DNA from: Bacillales bacterium
Lineage (GTDB): Bacteria; Bacillota_I; Bacilli_A; RF39; UBA660
Length of the DNA stretch: 60,102 bases
Reading direction: 5' to 3'
Assembly (NCBI GenBank): GCA_016292035.1
Contig: JAEEZR010000019.1
Location: 1-60,102 of the forward strand
This document shows positions 9,553 through 19,871 of the stretch, piece after piece; positions within the stretch are counted from its first letter, which is position 1, and each line of letters opens with the position of its first letter. The translations under genes were made by a program, and so were the position numbers. The notes under the pieces are model-generated. The model was not told the origin of the DNA. It did not search any database and saw only the letters and a list, made by a program, of their open reading frames with translations.

Positions 9553-9990
9553 ATGAGCAACTATAACAGAAAAGAAAACAAAAAAGAAACGACACCAGAA
9601 GAAAAATTATCAAAACTAGAAAAATGTAAGAATAAAACAGAGAAAACTTACGATGAAATAACTGCGCAAATCAAAAGCGCCGAAAAGAAAAACGATAATA
9701 AAAAGCTATCTCTTAAATCAGCTGCAAAAATAGAAAAAAAGCGTGATAATCAGAAAAAGATTAAGATTACATTAGAAGAAATAAAAAGAGATATAGCTAA
9801 GGTGAAAAGAGAAATATGTCTAAACAGAGGGCATAGATATTATATTGAATCTTGTGAAAAAACATCTGCAGGATTATTAGAAAAAAGTAGATGTGAAAGA
9901 TGTGGAAAAATAGATATGCGTTTAATAACATATGAAAGCGAAGATATCAATAGATTAAAATTAAGACCAGAACTTAAACGAGCAGAATAA
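9553..9990 (+). CDS. Hypothetical Lys-rich coiled-coil protein with a C-terminal Cys/His (Zn-finger-like) motif
   Basis: ICLNRGH...RCERCG; own TGATATAAT -10 box, RBS GGGGGA and hairpin terminator. Confidence 0.7.
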   Translation: MSNYNRKENKKETTPEEKLSKLEKCKNKTEKTYDEITAQIKSAEKKNDNKKLSLKSAAKIEKKRDNQKKIKITLEEIKRDIAKVKREICLNRGHRYYIESCEKTSAGLLEKSRCERCGKIDMRLITYESEDINRLKLRPELKRAE

Positions 9991-10036
9991 TATTCTGCTT
10001 GTTTTATTTATAAATAATATATGATAAAATAAGAAT

Positions 10037-10315
10037 ATGAAAATAAATGGAAAAGAAATAAAAATAGATGACTTAGTAGAAAACATTGATATTAATAATA
10101 ATATACCTAAAAAAAGAAAAAACGGTATAGTACTTAGAGATAGTGATATTGAAATATTAAAAAGATATGATATAGACTATGAAAAACATTCATCACTATC
10201 TAGTTTAATATTTGAAATAGAGGAAATATTAATGTATGAAACTGATGTAGAAGACTTAGAAAAGTTAAGTGAAGAACTAAGTGAAATAAATTACTATAAT
10301 TACACAAATAAATAA
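10037..10315 (+). CDS. Hypothetical protein
   Basis: 92-aa ORF with host-like codon usage. Confidence 0.7.
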   Translation: MKINGKEIKIDDLVENIDINNNIPKKRKNGIVLRDSDIEILKRYDIDYEKHSSLSSLIFEIEEILMYETDVEDLEKLSEELSEINYYNYTNK

Positions 10316-10329
10316 AAGGGAGGCTACTA

Positions 10330-11289
10330 GTGATAGAAATAATTACATATGTTGCTTTATTAATAGTGGGGCTTATATTATTAATAATAGCATCTAACTT
10401 ATTTGTAGATGCATCTTCCAGCTTAGCAACAAGACTTAAAGTACCAAAAATGATAATTGCTCTTACAATTGCTGCATTTGGAACATGTGCTCCTGAACTA
10501 GCTATATCATTTACTTCTATGGCTTCAGGAAACACAGACATTACGCTTGCTAATGTAATAGGATCATGTATTATAAACATACTATTAATAATATCAATAG
10601 CAGCCCTAATAAAGCCTATCAAATTTAAAGAAAAAACTATAAAGATAGAATTACCTTTAATACTAATAGTAACATCACTAATAACATTTTTATTAAATGA
10701 TGCACTATTCTTTAATAAGGAAGTAAACACATTATCAAGATTAGATAGTATATTCTTAGTAATGTTATTCGTAGTATTTATGTTCTACATTTTTAAAAGT
10801 ATAAAAGATGCTAAAAAAGAAAAGAATGACAAAGCTAAATATTCACTAGTTAAATCAATAATATACTTATCATTAGCGCTTATAGTAGTAATAGCTTCAA
10901 GTAATCTAGTAGTTGATAACTCAGTATTACTAGCAGAAAAATTAGGAGTAAGTGAAAAAATAATATCAATGACTATACTGGTAATAGGGTCTTCACTTCC
11001 AGAACTATCTTTAACAGTAGCATGCGCTATTAAAGGTGAACATGAGATGGTACTAGGAAACATTATTGGAACAAATATATTTAATATATGCGTAGTACTT
11101 GCTCTTCCAGTATTAATATATGGAAATATAAATACAACATCATTTGACTTAGTAGACTCAATAATGCTAGTAATTTCCTCATTTATGTTATACATATTTG
11201 GTAAAACAAATAAAGAATTAAGTAAAACTGAAGGAATAATAATGTTAATAGTATTACTAATATACTATGTATACTTATTCTTAGTATAA
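10330..11289 (+). CDS. Calcium/sodium antiporter (YrbG, CaCA family)
   Basis: Two alpha repeats AFGTCAPEL and VIGSSLPEL; GNIIGTNIFN. Confidence 0.92.
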   Translation: MIEIITYVALLIVGLILLIIASNLFVDASSSLATRLKVPKMIIALTIAAFGTCAPELAISFTSMASGNTDITLANVIGSCIINILLIISIAALIKPIKFKEKTIKIELPLILIVTSLITFLLNDALFFNKEVNTLSRLDSIFLVMLFVVFMFYIFKSIKDAKKEKNDKAKYSLVKSIIYLSLALIVVIASSNLVVDNSVLLAEKLGVSEKIISMTILVIGSSLPELSLTVACAIKGEHEMVLGNIIGTNIFNICVVLALPVLIYGNINTTSFDLVDSIMLVISSFMLYIFGKTNKELSKTEGIIMLIVLLIYYVYLFLV

Positions 11290-11355
11290 AAAACTTTACA
11301 AATAAACTAATCTAGTGATATAATACACTAGGTTTTTTTATTGAGGTGAAAAAGA

Positions 11356-13173
11356 ATGAAAATAAGAAACGTAGCAATAATCGCCCATGTTGACCATGGT
11401 AAAACAACTCTAGTAGATGAACTACTAAAACAAAGTGGAACATTTAGAGATAACGAAACTCATGATGACAGGGTAATGGATTCAAATGATATTGAAAAAG
11501 AAAGAGGAATAACTATTCTTGCTAAAACAACTGGAGTTCACTATAAAGACTATAAAATAAATATAGTAGATACACCAGGACATGCAGACTTTGGTGGAGA
11601 AGTAGAAAGAATAATGCACATGGTAGACGGTGTAATTCTTTTAGTAGACGCAAGAGAAGGAACAATGCCTCAAACTAGATTCGTTTTAAAGAAAGCACTA
11701 GAAGCTAACTTAAAACCAATAGTAGTAATTAATAAGGTAGATAGAGAAAATATAAGACTTAACGAAGTAATAGATGAAGTTCTTGAATTATTTATTGAAC
11801 TAGGTGCTAATGATGATCAAATAGACTTCCCAGTAATATATGCTAGTGCTCTAGCTGGAACTACATCTTTAAGTGAAGACTTATCAACTCAAGAACATAC
11901 TATGGATCCAATATTTGAAGCAATAGTAAACACTATTCCAGAACCTAAGGGTAACCCATCAGAACCACTACAATTTCAACCAGCACTATTAGATTATAAT
12001 GATTATGTTGGAAGAATTGGAGTAGGAACAATAGCTAGGGGAACTGTAAAAGCAGGACAAATGGTATCTTGTGTAAGACTAGATGGTTCTATTAAACAAT
12101 TTAGAGTACAAAAACTATTTGGATTTACTGGAATAAAAAGAGAAGAAATAGAATCAGCTTCTGCAGGTGAAATAGTAGGTATTTCAGGACTTCCTGATAT
12201 ATCAGTAGGTGAAACTGTATGTGAAGTAGGAAAAGAAGAAGCCCTTCCTATTCTAAGAATAGAAGAGCCTACTCTACAAATGACATTTGGAGTAAACACA
12301 AGTCCATTCGCAGGAAAAGAAGGAGATCTTTTAACTGCTAGAAAAATAGAAGAAAGATTAATGAAAGAACTTGAAAAAGACGTTTCTTTAAGAGTAGTCC
12401 AAGCAGACCAAGAAAGTTGGTTAGTATCAGGACGTGGTGAACTTCACTTATCAATATTAATAGAAAACATGAGAAGAGAAGGATTTGAACTACAAGTATC
12501 AAAACCTGAAGTAATAGTAAAAGAAATAAATGGCGTTAAAATGGAACCTTATGAAGAAGTATTAATAGAAGCACCATCAGACACAGTAGGTGACGTAATT
12601 CAAAGTTTAGCAGCTAGAAATGGACAAATGTTATCAATGAAACCACTTGAAAACAACACTAAGCTAGAATACTTAGTACCATCACGTGGATTAATTGGAT
12701 TTGTAAATGAATTCTTAATTTTAACAAAAGGATATGGAATTATTAACCATACATTTAAAGAATATGGACCACTTACAAACGCTGAAATAGGAAGCAGAAA
12801 ACTAGGTGTACTAGTATCAATGGAAAATGGTAAAGCTACTGCCTATGCTCTTGGAGCGCTAGAAGACAGAGGAGTTATGTTCATTGAACCAGGTGAAGAA
12901 GTATACGAAGGAATGATTATAGGTGAAGCTAATAAAGATTTAGACCTTGCAGTAAATGCAGTAAAAGCTAAAAACCTAACTAACACAAGAAGTGCTTCAA
13001 AAGACCATACAGTAGTATTAAAAAGACCAAGACAATTAACTCTAGAGAAAGCATTAGACTATATTAACAGTGATGAACTAGTAGAAGTAACGCCTAAAGG
13101 ATTTAGATTAAGAAAGAAAATTCTTAATACAGAACTTAGAAAAAAAGAAGATGCTAAAAGATTAAATAAGTAA
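11356..13173 (+). CDS. typA: Translational GTPase TypA/BipA
   Basis: [57 protein letters not shown]. Confidence 0.98.
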   Translation: MKIRNVAIIAHVDHGKTTLVDELLKQSGTFRDNETHDDRVMDSNDIEKERGITILAKTTGVHYKDYKINIVDTPGHADFGGEVERIMHMVDGVILLVDAREGTMPQTRFVLKKALEANLKPIVVINKVDRENIRLNEVIDEVLELFIELGANDDQIDFPVIYASALAGTTSLSEDLSTQEHTMDPIFEAIVNTIPEPKGNPSEPLQFQPALLDYNDYVGRIGVGTIARGTVKAGQMVSCVRLDGSIKQFRVQKLFGFTGIKREEIESASAGEIVGISGLPDISVGETVCEVGKEEALPILRIEEPTLQMTFGVNTSPFAGKEGDLLTARKIEERLMKELEKDVSLRVVQADQESWLVSGRGELHLSILIENMRREGFELQVSKPEVIVKEINGVKMEPYEEVLIEAPSDTVGDVIQSLAARNGQMLSMKPLENNTKLEYLVPSRGLIGFVNEFLILTKGYGIINHTFKEYGPLTNAEIGSRKLGVLVSMENGKATAYALGALEDRGVMFIEPGEEVYEGMIIGEANKDLDLAVNAVKAKNLTNTRSASKDHTVVLKRPRQLTLEKALDYINSDELVEVTPKGFRLRKKILNTELRKKEDAKRLNK

Positions 13174-13207
13174 TAGATATCTATTACTTTTTTGCTATGG
13201 AGGATTT

Positions 13208-13813
13208 ATGAATATAAACTATGATATAGAACTTGAAAAAATAATAAAAGAGGAAGAAGGAAAAAGACCAAAAGTACTTCTTCATTCTTGCTGTGGGCCA
13301 TGCTCTTCAGCAGTAATAGAAAGATTAAATCCTTATTTTGAATTAACAGTATTCTACTATAATCCTAACATTGAACCACTAGAAGAATATCTAAAAAGAA
13401 AAGAAGAACAAAAAAGACTATTAAAAGAACTAGGTGGTATTAATTTCCTAGATTGTGACTGGGAAAATGATAAATTTAAAGAAATGGCAAAAGGATTAGA
13501 AGAAGTAAAAGAAGGTGGCATTAGATGCCATAAATGCTATAACTTAAGACTAGAAAAAACAGCCGTTGAAGCAAAAAAACTAGGATTCGACTATTTTGCA
13601 ACTACACTTACAGTAAGTCCATATAAGAATAGTCAAGTATTAAATCAAATAGGAAAAGAATTAGAAAGTGTTATTGGCATTAAATATTTATACTCAGACT
13701 TTAAAAAGAAAGACGGTTATAAAAGAAGTATTGAGTTATCTAAAAAGTATGAACTATATAGACAGAATTACTGTGGATGCATCTATAGCCAAAAACACTT
13801 ATATGAAGACTAA
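13208..13813 (+). CDS. queH: Epoxyqueuosine reductase QueH (DUF208)
   Basis: LLHSCCGPCS, YYNPNI, RCHKCY, TTLTVSPYK, YRQNYCGCIYS. Confidence 0.93.
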   Translation: MNINYDIELEKIIKEEEGKRPKVLLHSCCGPCSSAVIERLNPYFELTVFYYNPNIEPLEEYLKRKEEQKRLLKELGGINFLDCDWENDKFKEMAKGLEEVKEGGIRCHKCYNLRLEKTAVEAKKLGFDYFATTLTVSPYKNSQVLNQIGKELESVIGIKYLYSDFKKKDGYKRSIELSKKYELYRQNYCGCIYSQKHLYED

Positions 13814-13881
13814 CAAAGTCTTTTTTTCTTGTATAAAACTATAAAATCTATTATAATAATCTATAGTAGGAGATGTTTAAA

Positions 13882-14706
13882 ATGGCCGGAAAAAAGAATG
13901 ATAAAAAAGAAGTTAAAAAAACAGTTAAGACCAAAACAGTTAAATCAAAAAAAACTACAAAAAAAGTAATAGATTTGGATAATAAAGAACAATTAGCTCG
14001 TTTAAGAACTCAATTAAAAAAAGAAATAGATGAAAGCAATATAAAAGCTATAAAAGATAAAAAAAGTACTAAAAAAGAAACTAAAAAAGAAGAAAGAAAA
14101 TTTGATAATAGAAAGCCATTAATAAAAAATGAAATAGTAAAAAAATGCATAAAAGCTCTATCAATGTTAGTAATGTCTGTACTTTTAGCAATATGTGCTT
14201 TCTTAGTGACTTATATAGCAGTTAACAAATTATCACAAGTAAAAGGTAAAACACCAGCGCTTGGTCTATATACAATAATAAGTCCAAGTATGACTCCTAA
14301 AATTAAAGTATATGATGTAGTATTTGTTGTTAAAACTAAACCAGAAAACATAAAAATAGGAGATGTAATATCTTATTACAGTACAAATAACTATTTCAAA
14401 GGAGTTCCAATTACGCACCGTGTAGTAGAAAAATTAAATACTAATGAAGGAATAGTATTTATTACACAAGGAGATGCTAATCCAGAAGCAGACTCTGAAT
14501 TAATACTATCTAATAACGTAGTAGGTGTAGTAAGAGCAAAAATACCTCAATTAGGAAGAATCCAGTTCTTCTTATCAAGTAAAATGGGATGGATAATAGC
14601 AATATTAATACCAGCTCTTGGAGTATTATCATATGATATATTAAAACTATTCAATCTACTTAAATTAAAAAATGAGTTATTAAAAACAAAAAAAGCAATT
14701 AAATAA
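13882..14706 (+). CDS. sipW: Signal peptidase I, SipW/ER type, with a long basic N-terminal extension
   Basis: ISPSMTPKI (catalytic Ser), PITHRVV (His instead of Lys), TQGDAN, IPQLG, two TM helices. Confidence 0.88.
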   Translation: MAGKKNDKKEVKKTVKTKTVKSKKTTKKVIDLDNKEQLARLRTQLKKEIDESNIKAIKDKKSTKKETKKEERKFDNRKPLIKNEIVKKCIKALSMLVMSVLLAICAFLVTYIAVNKLSQVKGKTPALGLYTIISPSMTPKIKVYDVVFVVKTKPENIKIGDVISYYSTNNYFKGVPITHRVVEKLNTNEGIVFITQGDANPEADSELILSNNVVGVVRAKIPQLGRIQFFLSSKMGWIIAILIPALGVLSYDILKLFNLLKLKNELLKTKKAIK

Positions 14707-14781
14707 TTGCTTTTTATTTGCTCAGCTTGACTATTTGTACCTTTTATGGTATAATTTAATCACTAATGGGGGTTAGTGGTT

Positions 14782-15312
14782 ATGATAGAACTAGAAAAAA
14801 GAATAAGGGGATTATTCCTTGAAATAGGGGGAATAATAGCCTTTATAATAATTTCATTATTAGTATGGAATAATTTTGACTATGAAAATGAAGCACAAAT
14901 AGCGTACGCGTATTCAAACTATAACAATATGATTAATGCAGTGATTACAAAGAATATAAATGCTCTATTCCCAACAGATGATGAAAGTGCTCAATATATA
15001 GAAGGAATAAAGTTTAATATAAGCAATCCTAATAATGCATCAAAAACTTATAATCTGTTCTTTAAATATGACATGCAATCTAGTTCATTACCAGCTATGT
15101 ATTTAAAATTAAACTATGAAGGGAATGTTTATAAATTAACAGATTTACCAAGTATTGTTAAAGAAGATACAGTGTTATATTTAATTGATACTAGTAAAAT
15201 ATCTAAAAAAGATACTATTAAAAAAGAATTAAAACTATATCTAGATGAAAATACACCAACAAAAGAACAAGATAAATTATTATCATTTAGTATATATTCT
15301 GAAGAAAAATAA
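14782..15312 (+). CDS. Hypothetical membrane-anchored/secreted protein with a TasA-like beta-sandwich pattern
   Basis: N-terminal TM; IKFNISNPNN...YNLFF...LKLYLDENT...LSFSI pattern parallels the neighbouring protein. Confidence 0.65.
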   Translation: MIELEKRIRGLFLEIGGIIAFIIISLLVWNNFDYENEAQIAYAYSNYNNMINAVITKNINALFPTDDESAQYIEGIKFNISNPNNASKTYNLFFKYDMQSSSLPAMYLKLNYEGNVYKLTDLPSIVKEDTVLYLIDTSKISKKDTIKKELKLYLDENTPTKEQDKLLSFSIYSEEK

Positions 15313-15409
15313 GCGCATCAGCGCTTGTTTTTATTTGCTGAGAAAGATTGATAATTTTTGCTTAATATATTAAAATAATATTATAATAAAGAAAGAATAT
15401 GGTGATAAC

Positions 15410-16159
15410 ATGAATATAAAGCAGATCCATATAAAATTGTTATTAGTAGTATTAAGTATAATTGTAACACTTGGTTTAATAATAAACTTAAGTTATGCAG
15501 CATTTACCATATCAAAAGAAAGTGAACATAAAGTATTAACTTTTGGAGACATAAGCATATCACTATGCTACAGTGCGGCATGTACTAGTTCTAATGAACT
15601 AATGGGTAATATACTAGGAACTGTTACAAATAATGGAGAAACATCCTTTTTACCTCAATACCCAATATCAGATAGTGAATACTTAGAAAAGGTAATACCT
15701 TATAAATTTGAAGTGGAAAATGATGGTAAACTTGATTTGTATTTATCTCTTTATCTTATGCCAGACACAACTAGCGAAGGAACACCTATAGAAGAAAATA
15801 GAATACTTCCAAATACAGCTGATATAACAGGTAGAAATGTATCTGGAAATAATCAAAGTTATACACAAAACTTCACAAGCTTTGTAAGTAGTTCTCATTA
15901 TAAGTATTTCAAAGTAGCAATAAAAGAGGCTAATACAGACACTCCACTAATAAAAACATATGATTCAGTAACAAGTATGAATAATTTATTAGTAGATAAT
16001 ATATATCTTCCAAAAAATGCTAAAAAAACATATTTACTATATATATGGTTATCTAAAGAAGAACTATTAAATAATCAAAATGAAGAAAATATAAATGAAA
16101 TACTAGGAAAATATATAGTAATAGATTTATCAGCAAAAGGTGAATATAAACCAAATTAA
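15410..16159 (+). CDS. Putative SipW-processed TasA/CalY-like protein
   Basis: Hydrophobic leader ending in LSYA-AFT, as in SipW-cognate signal peptides; YKFEVENDGKL and YLLYIWL motifs. Confidence 0.7.
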   Translation: MNIKQIHIKLLLVVLSIIVTLGLIINLSYAAFTISKESEHKVLTFGDISISLCYSAACTSSNELMGNILGTVTNNGETSFLPQYPISDSEYLEKVIPYKFEVENDGKLDLYLSLYLMPDTTSEGTPIEENRILPNTADITGRNVSGNNQSYTQNFTSFVSSSHYKYFKVAIKEANTDTPLIKTYDSVTSMNNLLVDNIYLPKNAKKTYLLYIWLSKEELLNNQNEENINEILGKYIVIDLSAKGEYKPN

Positions 16160-16167
16160 ACACTTAA

Positions 16168-16950
16168 TTAAATTAAGTGTTTTTCTATATATTTAATAAT
16201 CAAATATAAACATAAAGACATTATTAGTAAAACAATTATAGAAGCCATAACTAAGCTCATATTAAATACTTGAGTTCCATATAGTATTAAATAACCAACA
16301 CCACTTTTACTAGATAAAAATTCACCCATAATAGTTCCTATTAAACAAAGACTAATACTTATCTTAAAAGAAGATATAATATTTTTATAGTTGCATGGAA
16401 TAATAGCATACCAAATAATTTGAATAGTACTGGCATTAAAAGATTTAAGCATCTTAATAATAGATGTACTTGTATTCTTAAAACAATTAGAAATAGTTTC
16501 TATTGAAGTAAAAACACTTATCAAAACAGCCATAGCAATAATACTAGAAGAACTAGATCCAAAGCTAATAATAATTAGAGGACCTAAAGCAACTTTTGGA
16601 AGACTATTAATCATAGTTAGATAAGGCTCCACTATCTTATCAAAAGTATTAAATAAGAATAGTATTAAAGAAACAATAATGCTAATAATATTAGTAATAA
16701 TAAATGATAAAATAACTTCTTTTAAAGTGATAAATATATGAAACAATAAATTATTATTAATAAATAAGCTTATAAGACTACTAAATATTTTAGAAGGATA
16801 TGAAGTTATAAAAGAATTAATAATATTATTTCTTCCAAATAATTCATAAAAAAGAATAAATAAGAAAAATATTAATATTTGAAAAGATCTAATAATTATT
16901 TTATTTCTTTTACTTTTTCTTAAGAATAATAAATGCTCTTTACTACTCAT
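16168..16950 (-). CDS. NitT/TauT-family ABC transporter permease (YtlD-like)
   Basis: NSLPKVALGP, GEFLSSKSGVGYLILYG. Confidence 0.9.
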   Translation of the reverse strand: MSSKEHLLFLRKSKRNKIIIRSFQILIFFLFILFYELFGRNNIINSFITSYPSKIFSSLISLFINNNLLFHIFITLKEVILSFIITNIISIIVSLILFLFNTFDKIVEPYLTMINSLPKVALGPLIIISFGSSSSSIIAMAVLISVFTSIETISNCFKNTSTSIIKMLKSFNASTIQIIWYAIIPCNYKNIISSFKISISLCLIGTIMGEFLSSKSGVGYLILYGTQVFNMSLVMASIIVLLIMSLCLYLIIKYIEKHLI

Positions 16951-17677
16951 TTATATCCTCCCATATTTTAGAAAAGTAGTAATTAAAGTCTTTATTATTT
17001 CTATTCTCAATAGGACTATCCCCTAAGCTAATAAGATACTCTTTTTTAATGCAAGCTGGTCTATTACTTAAAACTATTATTCTATCAGACATAGAAATAG
17101 CTTCAGCAATATCATGACTAACCATCAGTGCACTTATATTTTCTTCTTTAACAATGTGATAAACATCTTCACTTATCTTTAGCCTATTAACATAATCTAG
17201 TGATGAAAAAGCTTCATCTAATAGTATTAAGTTAGGTTTAATACTAAGCGTTCTAACAAGAGAAACTCTTTGTTTTTGACCCCCAGATAATTCACTTACT
17301 TTTTTATATCTAATATCAAAAAGACCATACTTCCTAAGTAAACCATTAACATAATTAATTGAATTGTTATTTAATTTGCCCTTTACTTTAAGCGCTATCA
17401 AAGCGTTATCTAAAATACTTAAATGAGGAAATAAGCTCTCCTCCTGAGTCATATAACTAATGCTAATATCCTCGCCAAATGTAACGACGCCATCATAATC
17501 CTTATCAAGTCCAGATATAATATTTAAAATAGTACTCTTACCACATCCACTTGGACCCACTATAGTAACAAATTCCCCATTATTAATCTTAAAAGAAATA
17601 TTATTAATAACCTTAACTTCATAGTCTAAACTATGATATGACTTATTAATGTTGTCTAAACAAACAATACTATTCAC
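16943..17677 (-). CDS. NitT/TauT-family ABC transporter ATP-binding protein (YtlC-like)
   Basis: GPSGCGKST, LSGGQKQR, LLDEAFSSLD, SHDIAEA. Confidence 0.93.
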   Translation of the reverse strand: MNSIVCLDNINKSYHSLDYEVKVINNISFKINNGEFVTIVGPSGCGKSTILNIISGLDKDYDGVVTFGEDISISYMTQEESLFPHLSILDNALIALKVKGKLNNNSINYVNGLLRKYGLFDIRYKKVSELSGGQKQRVSLVRTLSIKPNLILLDEAFSSLDYVNRLKISEDVYHIVKEENISALMVSHDIAEAISMSDRIIVLSNRPACIKKEYLISLGDSPIENRNNKDFNYYFSKIWEDINE

Positions 17678-18641
17678 TATATTTATTAGTTACCAAATCA
17701 TAATAGTTATATCTTTTTTTAATAAGATTAAAGTGAATTAATAAATCAAGAAGGTTATTATAGCTTTCTTCACTAATAAAATTATCAAAGTACCAAGAAT
17801 CTGCTTCTTTATATCTTTTGATAAATGAGCTTATTTCTTCAACACTATTACCTGGAAATTCATCTTTAATAATTAAAGCTATATCTTCTTCAGTATTATC
17901 TTTAACAAATTGCATTCCCTTTTTAATAGCCCTATTGAATCTTCTTATAACATCACTATTACTATCAATAAAACTTTTTTTAGAATGAAAAACAGTATAA
18001 GGAACTTCTCCTGCAAGTAATCCAACAGAAGCTAATACACATCCATATCCTTCCTTTTCTAATGAAGAAGCATTAGGCTCAAAAAGATTAACAAAGTCAC
18101 CCTCTTTAGCTATATAAGCAGACGATAAATTAGCAAAGTCCACAGAGTTATCAATAATTACGCCACTAACATTATTCTTAAACAAAGCATATTCAAATAC
18201 ACTAGAAGGCATACCGCCTTTTCTACCAGCTAAAACTCTTTTTCCTTTTAGACCATCTAAAGAAAAATTATTTTTATATTCACAGCTACCAAATAGAAAT
18301 TGTCCATCTCTCTTAGTTAGAGAAGAAAAAGAAACTAAATAATCATCAAGTCCATTTTCATATGCATACAAAGTAGCTTCAAGCCCACTAAGCCCTATCT
18401 GTGCGTCTCCTGATATAACTGCGCTTGCAACCTTATCAGCACCACTAGTAAGAACAAGTTCAATATCTAATCCCTCATCTTTAAAATACCCATTATGTAT
18501 GCTAACATAAAAAGGAGTATAAAAAACACTATGAGTAACTTCAGCAACAGTTATCTTATTACTTCTTTTATTATAAAAAATAAAAGACAAACTAAGAAAT
18601 AAAATGCACAATAAACCAATAATAAATAATCTTTTTTTCAA
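17670..18641 (-). CDS. NMT1/THI5-like ABC substrate-binding protein (YtlA-like)
   Basis: VAEVTHSVFYTP, LTKRDGQFL, GRKGGMP, LFEPNAS, GEVPYT. Confidence 0.87.
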   Translation of the reverse strand: MKKRLFIIGLLCILFLSLSFIFYNKRSNKITVAEVTHSVFYTPFYVSIHNGYFKDEGLDIELVLTSGADKVASAVISGDAQIGLSGLEATLYAYENGLDDYLVSFSSLTKRDGQFLFGSCEYKNNFSLDGLKGKRVLAGRKGGMPSSVFEYALFKNNVSGVIIDNSVDFANLSSAYIAKEGDFVNLFEPNASSLEKEGYGCVLASVGLLAGEVPYTVFHSKKSFIDSNSDVIRRFNRAIKKGMQFVKDNTEEDIALIIKDEFPGNSVEEISSFIKRYKEADSWYFDNFISEESYNNLLDLLIHFNLIKKRYNYYDLVTNKYSE

Positions 18642-18663
18642 GTATATCACCTCTTTCTAAAGT

Positions 18664-18690
18664 ATTATATGAATAGATAAAAAAGGTGTT
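18664..18690 (-). promoter_or_regulatory. Possible sigma-K-type promoter of the YtlA-like operon
   Basis: Minus strand AACA-N15-CATATAAT; ambiguous because it also contains TATAAT. Confidence 0.35.
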
Positions 18691-18749
18691 AACACTCACT
18701 TTAAAAAACTTATAAAGTATGATAATATTAAATTATGAAGGATGATAAA

Positions 18750-19871
18750 ATGAAAAAGATATCAATTCTATCTCTTCACTTAAATTATGGAGGAGTAGAA
18801 AAAGCAATAATAAATGAAGCAAATTCTTTAATTGATAACTATGAAGTAGAAATAGCAGTAACATACAAAATAACAAAGAATCCTGCATTTAATCTTGATC
18901 CAAGAGTAAAAGTAGTTTATTTAACAGACGTAGTACCTAATAGAAATGAGTTTATAAATGCCATAAAGCATTTCAAAATAATAGATGTTTTTAAAGAAGC
19001 ATATAAAAGCATAAAAGTGCTTTATTTAAAAAAATATACAATGAAAAAATATATTAAAAATACTGATAGTGATCTAATACTATCAAGTAGAATTGAATTC
19101 ACTAAACTACTTAGATACTCTAATAAAGTCACAGTAGCGCAGGAACATAGACATCATAACAACGACAAAAAGTATATAAATAGTTTAAGAAAAGCACTTA
19201 AAGGAGTAGACTACTTAATGAATGTATCTAAAGATTTAAATGATTACTATACTAAAGAATTTAACTTTATAAAGTGTGTATTAATTCCAAATAGCTTAGA
19301 TAATGAAATAAACCCTATATCAAATCTTTCTAGAAAGAATATAGTTTCTGTAGGCAGACTATCTCATGAAAAAGGCTTTTTAGACTTAATAGAAGTATTT
19401 AAAGAAATAAACAAGATGGACAAAGAAATAACTTTAGACATAATTGGTGAAGGAAACGAAAGACCACTAATTGAAAATAAAATTAAAGAATATAAATTAG
19501 AAAAATACGTAACAATGCACGGATTTAAAGATAGAAACTATATAAAAAATATAATGAAAGATTCTTCTTTATATCTAATGTGTTCATATGAAGAAAGCTT
19601 TGGACTAGTATTAATTGAAGCGGGTTCATGTGCGCTTCCACAAATAGCTTTTTCTTCAGCTCAAGGAGCTAATGAATTAATAGAAAACAATAAAAATGGT
19701 TTTTTAATTGATAATAGAAACATAGAAGAAATGGCTAAAAAAGCAGTAGAAGTAATAAATGATAAAGAACTTCTAAAGAGACTAAGTAAAAATAGCATTG
19801 AATTATCAAATGGATATTCATTTGATAATATAAAAGAAAAATGGTTAGAATTTATAAAAGGAGTAATATAA
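18750..19871 (+). CDS. Glycosyltransferase family 4 (GT-B)
   Basis: GGVEK, VSVGRLSHEKG, EESFGLVLIEA. Confidence 0.92.
   Translation: MKKISILSLHLNYGGVEKAIINEANSLIDNYEVEIAVTYKITKNPAFNLDPRVKVVYLTDVVPNRNEFINAIKHFKIIDVFKEAYKSIKVLYLKKYTMKKYIKNTDSDLILSSRIEFTKLLRYSNKVTVAQEHRHHNNDKKYINSLRKALKGVDYLMNVSKDLNDYYTKEFNFIKCVLIPNSLDNEINPISNLSRKNIVSVGRLSHEKGFLDLIEVFKEINKMDKEITLDIIGEGNERPLIENKIKEYKLEKYVTMHGFKDRNYIKNIMKDSSLYLMCSYEESFGLVLIEAGSCALPQIAFSSAQGANELIENNKNGFLIDNRNIEEMAKKAVEVINDKELLKRLSKNSIELSNGYSFDNIKEKWLEFIKGVI

Noticed and set aside
10200-11195. Antisense ORFs 10200..10730 and 10785..11195 (also 33614..34165, 35199..35813, 42292..42933, 25651..26031 and other short ones)
   Set aside because: Shadow frames opposite well-supported genes; no RBS or recognisable motifs.
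10330-11289. Functional link between the Ca2+/Na+ antiporter and the Ca2+-binding repeat protein
   Set aside because: They are separated by several genes and terminators; proximity alone is not evidence.
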